From: Candidatus Omnitrophota bacterium
GTDB taxonomy: Bacteria > Omnitrophota > Gorgyraeia > Zapsychrales > Zapsychraceae
Length of the DNA: 33,021 bases
Assembly (NCBI GenBank): GCA_029567025.1
Contig: JAKQLT010000217.1
Coordinates: forward strand, 1 to 33,021
Direction: 5' to 3'
Shown: one piece after another, positions 10,252 to 19,223 of the stretch
How positions within the stretch are numbered: position 1 is the stretch's first letter
How the letters are laid out: each line of letters opens with the position of its first letter
The notes under the pieces: generated by a model
Seen by the model: only the letters and a program-made list of their open reading frames with translations
Database searches by the model: none
What the model was told of the DNA's origin: nothing
Made by a program: the position numbers and the translations under genes

Positions 10252-11427
10252 ATGTTATCTAACAAAAATGGGCGATTTGGGCAATTCGGCGGAAGATTTG
10301 TTCCCGAGACACTCATGTCTTTATTAGAAGACCTTGAGAAAGTTTATTTTTCTTTGAAGAAAGATAAAAAATTTCATGCGGAACTTGATTTCTATTTAAA
10401 AGAATTTGCCGGCCGTCCCACTAATCTTTATCATGCCAAACGCTTAAGCGCGTATTATAAAACGCTTAAAATTTATCTTAAACGCGAAGATTTGCTGCAT
10501 ACCGGCGCGCATAAAATCAATAATACATTAGGCCAGATTCTTGTTGCTAAACGGATGGGAAAAGCGCGTATTATCGCCGAGACTGGCGCCGGACAGCATG
10601 GTGTCGCGACCGCGGCTGTGGCCGCGCTTTTTGGCTTAAAATGCGAAGTTTATATGGGTGAAGAAGATATGAAACGTCAGGCGCTTAATGTTTATCGTAT
10701 GCAATTATTCGGCGCAAAAGTTATTCCGGTTACCAGCGGATCAAAAACGCTTAAAGATGCGATGAACGAAGCGATTCGTGATTGGGTCACAAATGTTCAC
10801 AATACATTTTATTTAATTGGCTCCGTCGCCGGGCCTCATCCTTATCCGACGATGGTTCGCGATTTTCAATCGGTTATTGGCCAAGAAGCGCGCGCGCAAT
10901 TTTTAAAGAAAGAAAAATCCTTGCCGGATTATGTTTTAGCTTGTGTCGGAGGTGGAAGTAATGCCATGGGAATTTTTCATGCTTTTTATAATGATAAGAA
11001 AGTTAAATTTATCGGCGTTGAGGCTGCCGGACACGGATTAAATACACAACAACATTCAGCTTCTTTGCATAAAGGACATTTAGGCGTTTTGCATGGAAGT
11101 AAAAGTCAAGTATTGCAAACCTCCAACGGTCAGATAAAACTTGCGTATTCAATTGCCGCGGGGCTTGATTATCCTGGCGTTGGACCGGAACATTCTTTTT
11201 ATAAGGAAAGCGGCCGCGCCCAATATGTGGCTGTAACGGATAAAGAAGCGGTTTCGGCACTTAAGCTTTTATCTAAAGTGGAAGGAATTATTCCAGCGAT
11301 GGAATCCGCGCATGCGCTTAGTTATTTAGAGAAATTAGCGAAGAAGGTAAAAGATAAGGCTTCTGTGATTGTTTGTTTGTCCGGTCGTGGCGATAAAGAT
11401 ATGGAAACGATCAAGAATTTTATTTAG
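10252..11427 (+). CDS. trpB: Tryptophan synthase beta chain
   Basis: [40 protein letters not shown]. Confidence 0.98.
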   Translation: MLSNKNGRFGQFGGRFVPETLMSLLEDLEKVYFSLKKDKKFHAELDFYLKEFAGRPTNLYHAKRLSAYYKTLKIYLKREDLLHTGAHKINNTLGQILVAKRMGKARIIAETGAGQHGVATAAVAALFGLKCEVYMGEEDMKRQALNVYRMQLFGAKVIPVTSGSKTLKDAMNEAIRDWVTNVHNTFYLIGSVAGPHPYPTMVRDFQSVIGQEARAQFLKKEKSLPDYVLACVGGGSNAMGIFHAFYNDKKVKFIGVEAAGHGLNTQQHSASLHKGHLGVLHGSKSQVLQTSNGQIKLAYSIAAGLDYPGVGPEHSFYKESGRAQYVAVTDKEAVSALKLLSKVEGIIPAMESAHALSYLEKLAKKVKDKASVIVCLSGRGDKDMETIKNFI

Positions 11428-11433
11428 TTTTTT

Positions 11434-11514
11434 TGTCATCCTTGTGGATGCAGGGAACTCAGATTTGAAAAGGTTGTGGCAATAAAAGAGATTCCTGCCT
11501 GTGCAGGAATGACA
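11434..11514. repeat. GTCATTCC...GGAATGAC-type palindromic element (family B)
   Basis: tgtcatccttgtggatgcagggaactc ... gagattcctgcctgtgcaggaatgaca, imperfect 27-bp inverted arms. Confidence 0.75.
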
Positions 11515-11523
11515 GATAGGAAA

Positions 11524-12321
11524 ATGATGAATCGCATTGATGAAAAATTTAAAGAATTAAAAGCGAAAAAAAAGAAGGCGTTTATTGCTTTTATAACAGC
11601 CGGTTATCCGGATTTAAAAACAACAAAAGAATTAGTTTTATCATTTGCTCGCGTTGGCGTTGATATTATTGAACTCGGTGTTCCGTTTTCTGATCCTTTA
11701 GCTGATGGCCCAACTATTCAAACAGCGTCTTATAAAGCGCTGCAAAAAGGCATAACATTAGAGAAAATTTTAAAATTAGTCGCTGAAATTAGGGAAATTT
11801 CTCAAATCCCGATTGTCCTTATGAGTTATTATAATCCAATTTTTTATTATGGTGAAAAACGTTTTGTTGAATGTGCGAAAAAATGCGGTGTAGATGGCGT
11901 AATTATTCCGGATTTGCCGCCGGAAGAAGCAAAAAATTTAATCGTTACAGCTAAAAAGAATGATTTTTCAACTGTGTTTTTTCTTTCGCCGACAACAAAA
12001 AAACCGCGCATAAAAAATATTGTGAATGCCTCAAGTGGTTTTATTTATTTTGTTTCAGTTTCAGGCGTGACAGGCGTACGTAATCAGTTTTCATCATCGA
12101 TTAAAGGAAAAATTATCGCGGTAAAGAAAATAACAAAAAAACCGATTTGTATTGGTTTTGGTATTTCAACGCCTCAACAAGTTAAAACAATGTCGCAAAT
12201 TTCTGACGGCGTTATTGTCGGAAGCGCGATTGTCAGTGAAATTTTAAAGCATGAAGGAAGAAAAGATCTTGTTCGAAAAGTTTCTTTTTTTGTCTCTCAA
12301 TTAACCAGCGAATTATCCTAA
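11524..12321 (+). CDS. trpA: Tryptophan synthase alpha chain
   Basis: ELGVPFSDPLADGPTIQ, PDLPPEE, GFGIS, DGVIVGSA; start moved to ATG 11524. Confidence 0.97.
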   Translation: MMNRIDEKFKELKAKKKKAFIAFITAGYPDLKTTKELVLSFARVGVDIIELGVPFSDPLADGPTIQTASYKALQKGITLEKILKLVAEIREISQIPIVLMSYYNPIFYYGEKRFVECAKKCGVDGVIIPDLPPEEAKNLIVTAKKNDFSTVFFLSPTTKKPRIKNIVNASSGFIYFVSVSGVTGVRNQFSSSIKGKIIAVKKITKKPICIGFGISTPQQVKTMSQISDGVIVGSAIVSEILKHEGRKDLVRKVSFFVSQLTSELS

Positions 12322-12326
12322 TCAGT

Positions 12327-13613
12327 ATGTATCAAAAAGAAATCTTACAAAATGGTTTTCGTCTTGTAACCCATCAGATGCCTAAACGCGATAGCGTTTC
12401 TTTGGGTTTTTGGTTTGGCGTCGGAGGGCGGCATGAAACATTGTCTCAAAAAGGGCTGGCCCATGTCATAGAGCATATGGCCTTTAAGGGAAGCCGAAAA
12501 TATTCATCGCGAGAAATTAAAGAGCGCGTTGAAGGCGTCGGCGGTATGCTTAATGCCTTTACGTCAGAAGAACAAACGTGTTTTTTTGCAAAAGTCCCAT
12601 CAAAATTTTTAAAAGAGGCCTTTGATGTTTTGTCTGATATTTCGTTTTTTCCGCAATGGAGACAGAAGGATTTTATAAAAGAAAAATCCGTTATTATGGA
12701 AGAAATAAAAATGTATCACGATCAGCCGCAATATTTGGTTATGGAATTATTGCATAAACTTTTGTGGCCGAATAATTCTTTAGGCGCGCCTCTTGCCGGA
12801 ACCGTTGATTCTGTCGCCGGGCTAACGTTAGAGGATCTTAAAAGTTTTCATCATAATTATTATCATTCCGGAAATGCTGTTTTGGTGGTGTGCGGAGATG
12901 TTTGCCATAGGGAAGTTAAAAAAATAGTAAAAAAGAAATTAGCGTCTTTAAAAAAACAAGAAGTATTGTTTTTTGATAAAGTGAATGAAGCTTTTTCCTC
13001 CCCGCGTATTCATTGTTATAAAAAAGATATCGAACAAACGCATTTGGCCATAGGGTTTCCTTCTTATGCCTATAGGGATGAGAGAAAATACGCGTTAGAA
13101 CTTTTGTCTATTATTTTAGGAGAAAATATGTCGAGCCGTTTGTTTGCGCAAGTGCGCGAGAAAAAAGGGCTGGCGTATGCTATTCAATCTAAGGAAAAAA
13201 CTTTTGAGGACACAGGATTTTTTGTGATACGTGCAGGGGTGGATAATAAAAAAGTTGTTGAAGCCACCGATGTTATTTTAAAAGAACTTATTAAAATAAA
13301 AGAAAAAAGCATTTCTTCCGATGAGCTTATTCGCGCGCGTGAGTATAAAATAGGACATCTCTTATTAGAAATAGAAGATACGTTAGAGCATATGTTATGG
13401 TTAGGAGAACATCTAATCTTTCGAAATAAAATAGAGTCTGTCAAAAATCTTGTAGAGAAATTTAAGAAAATAGGAAAGAAAGATATTGGCTACGTGGCGC
13501 AAGATATTTTTAAGCATAATAAACTAACTTTAGCGATTATCGGTCCTGTGGAAGAAAAAGATGAAAAGAAATTAAATGACTTTGCCTCACCCCGGGGATG
13601 GGGCAAGGGTTAG
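12327..13613 (+). CDS. M16 (pitrilysin family) zinc peptidase
   Basis: HVIEH inverted zinc motif, LNAFTS, SSRLF..VREKKGLAY. Confidence 0.93.
   Translation: MYQKEILQNGFRLVTHQMPKRDSVSLGFWFGVGGRHETLSQKGLAHVIEHMAFKGSRKYSSREIKERVEGVGGMLNAFTSEEQTCFFAKVPSKFLKEAFDVLSDISFFPQWRQKDFIKEKSVIMEEIKMYHDQPQYLVMELLHKLLWPNNSLGAPLAGTVDSVAGLTLEDLKSFHHNYYHSGNAVLVVCGDVCHREVKKIVKKKLASLKKQEVLFFDKVNEAFSSPRIHCYKKDIEQTHLAIGFPSYAYRDERKYALELLSIILGENMSSRLFAQVREKKGLAYAIQSKEKTFEDTGFFVIRAGVDNKKVVEATDVILKELIKIKEKSISSDELIRAREYKIGHLLLEIEDTLEHMLWLGEHLIFRNKIESVKNLVEKFKKIGKKDIGYVAQDIFKHNKLTLAIIGPVEEKDEKKLNDFASPRGWGKG
13579..13612. repeat. Family A palindrome copy 2, inside the 3' end of the M16 gene
   Basis: actttgcctcaccccggggatggggcaagggtt. 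Confidence 0.75.
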
Positions 13614-14959
13614 TCGATTTTTATAATTTTCGGTGTGATGAAAATAAGAAGGTCTCGGTTGGTTTTTTCTTTAGATTTATGTTTAAATAAATTCCCCACA
13701 ACAGGAATGCTTCCTAAGACAGGAACTTTAGAAACAGTTTCCACCGTTTTTTCTTTTATTAGCCCGCCGATAACCAGCGTGTCATTATTTCTCACGGTTA
13801 CTTTTGTAGAAGCGGATTGTGTATAAAATATGGGAATCGTCGCATCCATGCCAGAGGCGGAAGAGAAATTACGCTCGCCGACTTTTTCGCTGATTTCTGG
13901 AGTGGCTTCAAGGGTTACAAATTCATTATTATTGATTTTGGGCGTTACGTTTAAAACCACGCCATATTCCATCCAGTCAAACCCTGTAATTTCCCATTGC
14001 CCGATTTCTCCGCTGTAAGAATATTTAGGAACCGGGTCCTGGCTGACGACCTCAATTTTTGCTGGATTATTATCTAATGTCGTAATTCTTGGAGCTGAAA
14101 GCATTTTTGTGTCTTTGTCTTCAAAAAGAGCTTGCATCACAATAGAAAAATCTGAAGCATCCAAAGTCCCGAAGCTAAAAATATTGCTGATTTTTGGATC
14201 ATAAGGGCCTCCGGGATAGGCTTCTATAGCTGACGGGAAATCATCCGAGAAATAACGGGTATTTTTAGATTTTTTGTTAAAAGGAAATGTTGTAGCTTTT
14301 TTAGCGCCTATGGCTGTCCCAGAGATATTCCATTTAATACCGAGATTTTTTGATGCGTCTGCGTTGGTTTCAACGACTTTGACTTCAATAAGCACTTGCG
14401 GAATTTGCTCGTCTAAAAATTCTAAGCTATTTTCAAGGATTTTTAAATTAGCCACCGTGTCTGTTGCAATAACAATATTTGTCCTTTCGTCAACGACTAA
14501 TCGTCCGCGTTCTCCCAATAATTGGGTTAAAATATCTTTAACTGCTGTTACTTTCGCGAAATTAAGTTTAAAACGACGCGTTGTGATTGTTTCCTGGTCT
14601 TGTAAAAGAGGAGACGAGAGTGGATTTGGGTTCGCTTCTTTGGCCAATTCTTCTAAAGAATTGATAGTACGTTCAATCCCCATAATAGCGAGTAATGAAT
14701 CATTGACCGTTACAGTATTATTTTTTTCATCAATGAGGATTTCGCCGTTTTCTGTTAAAAGTTTTGATAAGGAGTCTTTAAAATCAGCGATTTTGATATG
14801 TTTGGGTTGAAAAGAGCGCGTGACCCAGCGGCTCGAGGATGGCGTTTTTATAACATTGTCGTTATCGGACAAAGAAGACGTTCCTTGCGCCCGTCCTAAA
14901 GAAGAAAAGCAAAAGATAAAGATAATAAAAAATATTAGAAATAATTTTAAATTTTTAAT
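13610..14959 (-). CDS. Secretin (PilQ/GspD family), probably starting at an ATT codon
   Basis: QVLIEVKVVE, LSAPRITTLDN, GVVLNVTPKI, LVIGGLI, KVPVLGSIPVVGNLF; frame is open upstream of 14872 and encodes a signal peptide. Confidence 0.88.
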   Translation of the reverse strand: MKNLKLFLIFFIIFIFCFSSLGRAQGTSSLSDNDNVIKTPSSSRWVTRSFQPKHIKIADFKDSLSKLLTENGEILIDEKNNTVTVNDSLLAIMGIERTINSLEELAKEANPNPLSSPLLQDQETITTRRFKLNFAKVTAVKDILTQLLGERGRLVVDERTNIVIATDTVANLKILENSLEFLDEQIPQVLIEVKVVETNADASKNLGIKWNISGTAIGAKKATTFPFNKKSKNTRYFSDDFPSAIEAYPGGPYDPKISNIFSFGTLDASDFSIVMQALFEDKDTKMLSAPRITTLDNNPAKIEVVSQDPVPKYSYSGEIGQWEITGFDWMEYGVVLNVTPKINNNEFVTLEATPEISEKVGERNFSSASGMDATIPIFYTQSASTKVTVRNNDTLVIGGLIKEKTVETVSKVPVLGSIPVVGNLFKHKSKEKTNRDLLIFITPKIIKID

Positions 14960-15035
14960 AGCGCGTCCTTTTTTTAAAAAATCATTTTCATTATAGGCAG
15001 ATAAAATAATGAATGCAATTATATTTCAATAAATT

Positions 15036-15064
15036 TTGCTAAAGGACAAAAAGTGTGGTATCTT
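15036..15064 (+). promoter_or_regulatory. Sigma70-type promoter
   Basis: TTGCTA-17 nt-TATCTT with extended TG. Confidence 0.55.
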
Positions 15065-15128
15065 TTTAGTGAGAGTAAAAATTGGCGTGATTATTTTTAA
15101 GAAAAATTTTGATATAAAAGGAGTTAAA

Positions 15129-15218
15129 ATGACAAAGATAAAAGATATGGCAAAAAAAGTGAAAACGTGTGTGAAAAAGATTGGAAAAGAAGAGGATCGC
15201 GAAAGGCAAGAAGAGTAG
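15129..15218 (+). CDS. 29-aa small charged protein MTKIKDMAKKVKTCVKKIGKEEDRERQEE
   Basis: AAGGAG RBS, own promoter and terminator. Confidence 0.55.
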   Translation: MTKIKDMAKKVKTCVKKIGKEEDRERQEE

Positions 15219-15254
15219 GCTTTTTAAAATATTTGTTATTATTTTTTTATTAAT

Positions 15255-15292
15255 TCCGGGCCGTTTTTATTTCTTACGGCTCGGATTTTTTT
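15255..15292 (+). terminator. Intrinsic terminator
   Basis: tccgggccgt...acggctcgga followed by T7. Confidence 0.8.
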
Positions 15293-15501
15293 GCCTGTTT
15301 CTTAACTGTTGGTAGAATAAACTCTTGATCGATTATTTCATTGGAATAAACGAGTATATGTCAACGGCCGGACCTTTTAAGAAATATTTCGTCTGCTTTA
15401 CCTTTGTTGCCCGTAGGAATTATTAAGGAATTCCTGCTTGAGGACAGGGAGGCAATGTAAAAATTTTAGTTTTTGATTGTTCGTAAAAATTAAAAAATAG
15501 T

Positions 15502-15548
15502 TTGATTTGTATACTTAAAAGAAGTATACTCCATTTTAGTAATACTAA
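15502..15548 (+). promoter_or_regulatory. Promoter with inverted-repeat operators upstream of the AAA ATPase
   Basis: TTGATT-17-TATACT; gtatactt-aaaag-aagtatac (15509-15529) and ttagta-a-tactaa (15536-15548). Confidence 0.55.
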
Positions 15549-15566
15549 TTCGGAGGACAATGCGTA

Positions 15567-16730
15567 ATGAAAAATCTAAAAAGAATTCTTAATATCAAAC
15601 TTCCGCAAAAACAATCCGCGTTTTTATGGGGAGCTAGAAAAACAGGGAAGACAACTTATCTTAAAGAGAGATTTCCTAAAAGCATTGTATATGATTTTTT
15701 GAAAACGGATTTATTTTTTGAGATCTCAAAGAATCCTTCGCTTTTACGTGAACGATTGCTGGCACAAGATGAAACGGCCCTTAAAGAACCTATCATTCTT
15801 GATGAAGCACAGAAGGTTCCTCAAGTTCTGGATGAAGTGCATTGGTTAATAGAAAATAAAGGTTTAAGATTTGTCCTCTGTGGATCAAGCGCCAGAAAGC
15901 TTAAGAAAGGGCATGCTAATCTTTTGGGTGGCAGGGCTTGGCGATATGAATTGTTTCCTCTTGTTAGTGCGGAAATTGGAAAAATTGATTTGCTGCGTGC
16001 TTTAAATCAGGGGCTCATTGCCAGTCATTATTTAGAAGAGGAACAATCGTCTAAGAAATCTTTAGAGGCTTATTTGCAGGATTATCTACGAGAAGAGGTT
16101 TTTGCTGAAGGGTTGACACGCAACATTCCAGCTTTTTCGAGATTTTTTGATGCTTTCGGATATTCCCATGGGGAGTTAACAAACTATACTAACATTGCGC
16201 GGGAATGCGGCGTTGATTCAAAAACGGTTAAAGAATATTATCAAATTTTGGTAGACACTTTGTTGGCGGTCAGGGTGGAACCTTTTAAAAAAAGACAATC
16301 GCGGCAAGTTATTTCTAAAGCTTCAAAATATTATTTGTTTGATGTGGGCGTTGCAGGATATTTGACAAAAAGACATTTAACAGAATGTAGGGGTTCAGAG
16401 TTTGGAAAGGCGTTCGAACATTTTATTTTGATGGAAATCGTTGCGTATAAATCCTATTCAAGTAAGGGTTTTACAATAAATTTTTGGAGAACGAAATTGG
16501 GCGTTGAGGTTGATTTTGTATTGGCACAAGGCGAAGTGGCCATTGAGGTTAAAGGTTCTAACCAAATTGAAAGAAGAAATATGAACGGAGTAGAAGTTTT
16601 TGCCCAAGCCTTTAATCCTAAAAGAAGCATTATTGTCTGCAATGAAAAAGAAAAGAGATTGTGTGGAAAAATAGAAATATTACCCTGGCGGATTTTTTTA
16701 GAGCAACTCTGGGCAGGCAAAATATTGTAA
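15567..16730 (+). CDS. AAA+ ATPase (AAA_14) with DUF4143 and a C-terminal PD-(D/E)xK-like domain
   Basis: GARKTGKT, ILDEAQK, CGSS, LLGGRA, KYYLFDVG, EVDFVL..AIEVK. Confidence 0.9.
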   Translation: MKNLKRILNIKLPQKQSAFLWGARKTGKTTYLKERFPKSIVYDFLKTDLFFEISKNPSLLRERLLAQDETALKEPIILDEAQKVPQVLDEVHWLIENKGLRFVLCGSSARKLKKGHANLLGGRAWRYELFPLVSAEIGKIDLLRALNQGLIASHYLEEEQSSKKSLEAYLQDYLREEVFAEGLTRNIPAFSRFFDAFGYSHGELTNYTNIARECGVDSKTVKEYYQILVDTLLAVRVEPFKKRQSRQVISKASKYYLFDVGVAGYLTKRHLTECRGSEFGKAFEHFILMEIVAYKSYSSKGFTINFWRTKLGVEVDFVLAQGEVAIEVKGSNQIERRNMNGVEVFAQAFNPKRSIIVCNEKEKRLCGKIEILPWRIFLEQLWAGKIL

Positions 16731-16950
16731 ATGGACCGGCCGATTAAATTTTCAGAAATTATGCTGACGCATTTCCGTTATATTTGCGCCAAGGGCGTTT
16801 TGAGGCAGCACTCTCTTTGTTAAAAGTGTCAAAATACTGTTTGGACGTCATATAGTTCAAGGATTGATGCGGATAGTCGGTATTGTAGTCGACAATACAA
16901 AAGATGTGGAAATCGAGAAATTAAATGAAGGCATTTTTTAGCGTTGGCTA

Positions 16951-17018
16951 TTGACAAATGTGCTATTTTGAAGTATTCTTCGTTTCAGATAATGGACAAT
17001 AAAAGGATTTATCTGAAA
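16951..17018 (+). promoter_or_regulatory. abiE promoter and inverted-repeat operator
   Basis: TTGACA-17-TATTCT; tttcagataa (16983-16992) / ttatctgaaa (17009-17018). Confidence 0.7.
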
Positions 17019-17629
17019 TGAACAAAGAAGAGGTTATTAAACAGTTTTTAGATCAAAAAATGCTGGTTTTTTCTTTTGAGGATTTTTGCGCGTTTTATCC
17101 TCAAGAAAATCCGGAAACGATTAAGAAGTGCCTTTTTCGTCTAAAAAAAAGAGGCTGGTTGTCTTCTTTGCGTAAAGGCCTTTATGAAATAACATTTCCG
17201 CAGGATTCTAATCTTCCTGATTTATATTTAGCCAATAAAATTTACGCGCCGTCTTATGTGTCGCTTCAAACCGCATTGTCGCATTATGGCATTATTCCTG
17301 AAGTCGCTATGGCGGTAACCTCCATTACGAGTAAAACAACACGGCAATTTAAAAATAAATACGGTTTGTTTATTTACCGCGCGGTTCAGCCTAAAATGTT
17401 TTGTGGTTATCAGATTGAAAAATATAATGGTTATAATGTGTTAATTGCAGAGCCAGAAAAAGCCTTGATGGATTATATTTATTTTCAAACATTTCGAGGC
17501 CAGAAATTTGATAGAGAAGCGCATCGTATCGATATGAAAAGAGTGAAGAAGATGAATAAAAAGAAAATTCAAAATTATGCGCAGTTATTCGGGCTAAAAT
17601 TAAAGGAGTCGCTTTATGCTCACATTTGA
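17018..17629 (+). CDS. Type IV toxin-antitoxin antitoxin, AbiEi-like
   Basis: wHTH LRKGLY, PSYVSLQTALSHYGIIPE, IAEPEKALMD. Confidence 0.85.
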   Translation: MNKEEVIKQFLDQKMLVFSFEDFCAFYPQENPETIKKCLFRLKKRGWLSSLRKGLYEITFPQDSNLPDLYLANKIYAPSYVSLQTALSHYGIIPEVAMAVTSITSKTTRQFKNKYGLFIYRAVQPKMFCGYQIEKYNGYNVLIAEPEKALMDYIYFQTFRGQKFDREAHRIDMKRVKKMNKKKIQNYAQLFGLKLKESLYAHI

Positions 17630-18410
17630 GGCTTTAAGCGAAGATGCAAAATTAAGAGGCATGCCAACGGCTAATACTCGCGGTATTTTACGGGAATATC
17701 TTCAGATTTTGATTTTAAAAGAGATGTATCAATTGCCGGCGGGCAGAAAGCTTTTCTTTACTGGTGAAACCTATTTAAGGCTGGCGCATCAAACGAAAAG
17801 ATTCTCAGAAAATTTAGATTTTAATGTCAGCGCTATGAGTAAGATTGAATTTGAAAGTGTTTTACAAAAAATCCAGGCCACGCTTAAGAAAACGGGTGTT
17901 AATACAAATTTGGAATTTGAGCATTGGGGAAATCTTTTTGTGGCTGAGCTCATTTTCCCAGATATCGAGAAATTTTATGGGATCGTTTTACCTCATTCTA
18001 AAAAAGAGGGAATTGTCATTAAGGTTGAAGCAAACAATCCAAAGTGGAACATTAAAACACAAACGCTCGCCATTACAGGTTTCGGACAAATGTATCCAGT
18101 TATTTGCACGGATAAAGGCGCTTTGTTTGCTGATAAAATTGACGCTTTGTTAAAGAAAAATCGAGCAAGGCATCTTTTTGATATTATTTTTATGTTATCT
18201 AAGAAATATCCGGTTGATAGCTACGTATTAAAATCGTTGGGAATTACAGAAAATCCTTTTGATGTTATTGTTAAATGTGTCAACAGTTTTTCTATTGAAG
18301 AATTAAAGAAGCAAGCGGAATCTTTAAGGCCTTTTCTTTTTGATGAAAGAGAGGCTGATTTAATTATTAACGCTCCTGCTATTGTAAAACAGTTGCTTGA
18401 GATGGATTAA
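17616..18410 (+). CDS. AbiEii/AbiGii nucleotidyltransferase-fold toxin with degenerate catalytic motifs
   Basis: LREYLQ..IL, FTGETYLRL, RFSENLDF, KIDAL..RARHLFDI; overlaps the antitoxin. Confidence 0.85.
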   Translation: MLTFEALSEDAKLRGMPTANTRGILREYLQILILKEMYQLPAGRKLFFTGETYLRLAHQTKRFSENLDFNVSAMSKIEFESVLQKIQATLKKTGVNTNLEFEHWGNLFVAELIFPDIEKFYGIVLPHSKKEGIVIKVEANNPKWNIKTQTLAITGFGQMYPVICTDKGALFADKIDALLKKNRARHLFDIIFMLSKKYPVDSYVLKSLGITENPFDVIVKCVNSFSIEELKKQAESLRPFLFDEREADLIINAPAIVKQLLEMD

Positions 18411-18430
18411 CTGTATAAATAGTTTTTTTG

Positions 18431-18490
18431 CTTGCTTTCCGTTTAACCTTTCGACATTATATCTTTTGATGAAAACCCCGCAATTATTTT
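18431..18490 (+). repeat. Diverged direct-repeat copy 1 of the ABC transporter promoter/start region
   Basis: 44/60 ungapped identity with 20889-20948 (hand count). Confidence 0.8.
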
Positions 18491-18881
18491 AGATTTTGTA
18501 TTAGACTGTCCGTTTGAGCGCCTTTTTTAAATGATTATTTTAAAAAACAGCAGATTATAAAAAGGCCACTGTTTATCCGCATTAAAAATTCTGTTTTAAT
18601 TTCTAAATTTTACTTTTTTACAATTTCCGTTTTAACTCGCAAAATATTGGAAAGATTTTATGATTTAGGGAAATTTATTTTGACGCTTGCTGGGGGGGGC
18701 AAGTGGCGCGATTTTATTCTCCGTCGGTAGAATTTAAAAAATGGCAAAGAAAACGGTTTTAAAAAAATGAATAAGGGCTTGCTTTTCTTCTATGGTATGG
18801 CATACTTATCGTAGAACAAAAATTTGGGAGTTAGAAAAAATTAATTTTAACCGTAATTTTTTTTTAAAAAAGGAGGAAAAT

Positions 18882-19030
18882 ATGGCGAAAAACGTATCGA
18901 TTAAAAAAATGCTACAGGTAAGGACAATACAGTTCGGGGAGAGGTAGCAAATCCTGGTCCAGATAAAGGTTGTCATTATCTTCCGAAGATCTCTAACCCG
19001 TGTGAAACAGACGACCCAATGTATCAATAA
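18882..19030 (+). CDS. Putative RiPP precursor peptide, frameshifted at the A7 tract 18903-18909
   Basis: Perfect AGGAGG RBS. As written: MAKNVSIKKMLQVRTIQFGER*. With one extra A: MAKNVSIKKNATGKDNTVRGEVANPGPDKGCHYLPKISNPCETDDPMYQ*. Directly upstream of an rSAM/SPASM gene. Confidence 0.65.
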
Positions 19031-19044
19031 AAAGTATATCTTAA

Positions 19045-19098
19045 TTTTTTTAAGAAGATTATTAATTTATGCGTTTTTTAATAATCTTCTTAAAAAAA
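19045..19098. promoter_or_regulatory. Perfect 21-bp inverted repeat between precursor and maturase
   Basis: tttttttaagaagattattaa - 12 nt - ttaataatcttcttaaaaaaa. Confidence 0.8.
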
Positions 19099-19223
19099 AT
19101 ATAATTTTAGTCGTAAAATTTGAACGATTTTGTTTCTATAAAATCATTAGTAATATCCCCACCCTTTTTTTAAAGAAATTATTAAATAAAAAAAGATATG
19201 AATTTGAATGTAAGGAGTCCTGA

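Noticed and set aside
11476-11523. N-terminal extension of TrpA (EIPACAGMT)
   Set aside because: It is the translation of the family B palindromic repeat; the real start is ATG 11524 or 11527
16731-16940. Possible gene remnant between the ATPase and abiEi
   Set aside because: Only short open frames with no recognisable motif
18682-18709. G8-loop hairpin upstream of the precursor promoter
   Set aside because: Short stem, not in a coding frame; no supportable function
18806-19223. ORFs 18806-19027 (-) and 19002-19223 (+) as the RiPP precursor
   Set aside because: No RBS, low-complexity translation of AT-rich DNA; one runs through the hairpin and the other is antisense to the RBS-bearing ORF
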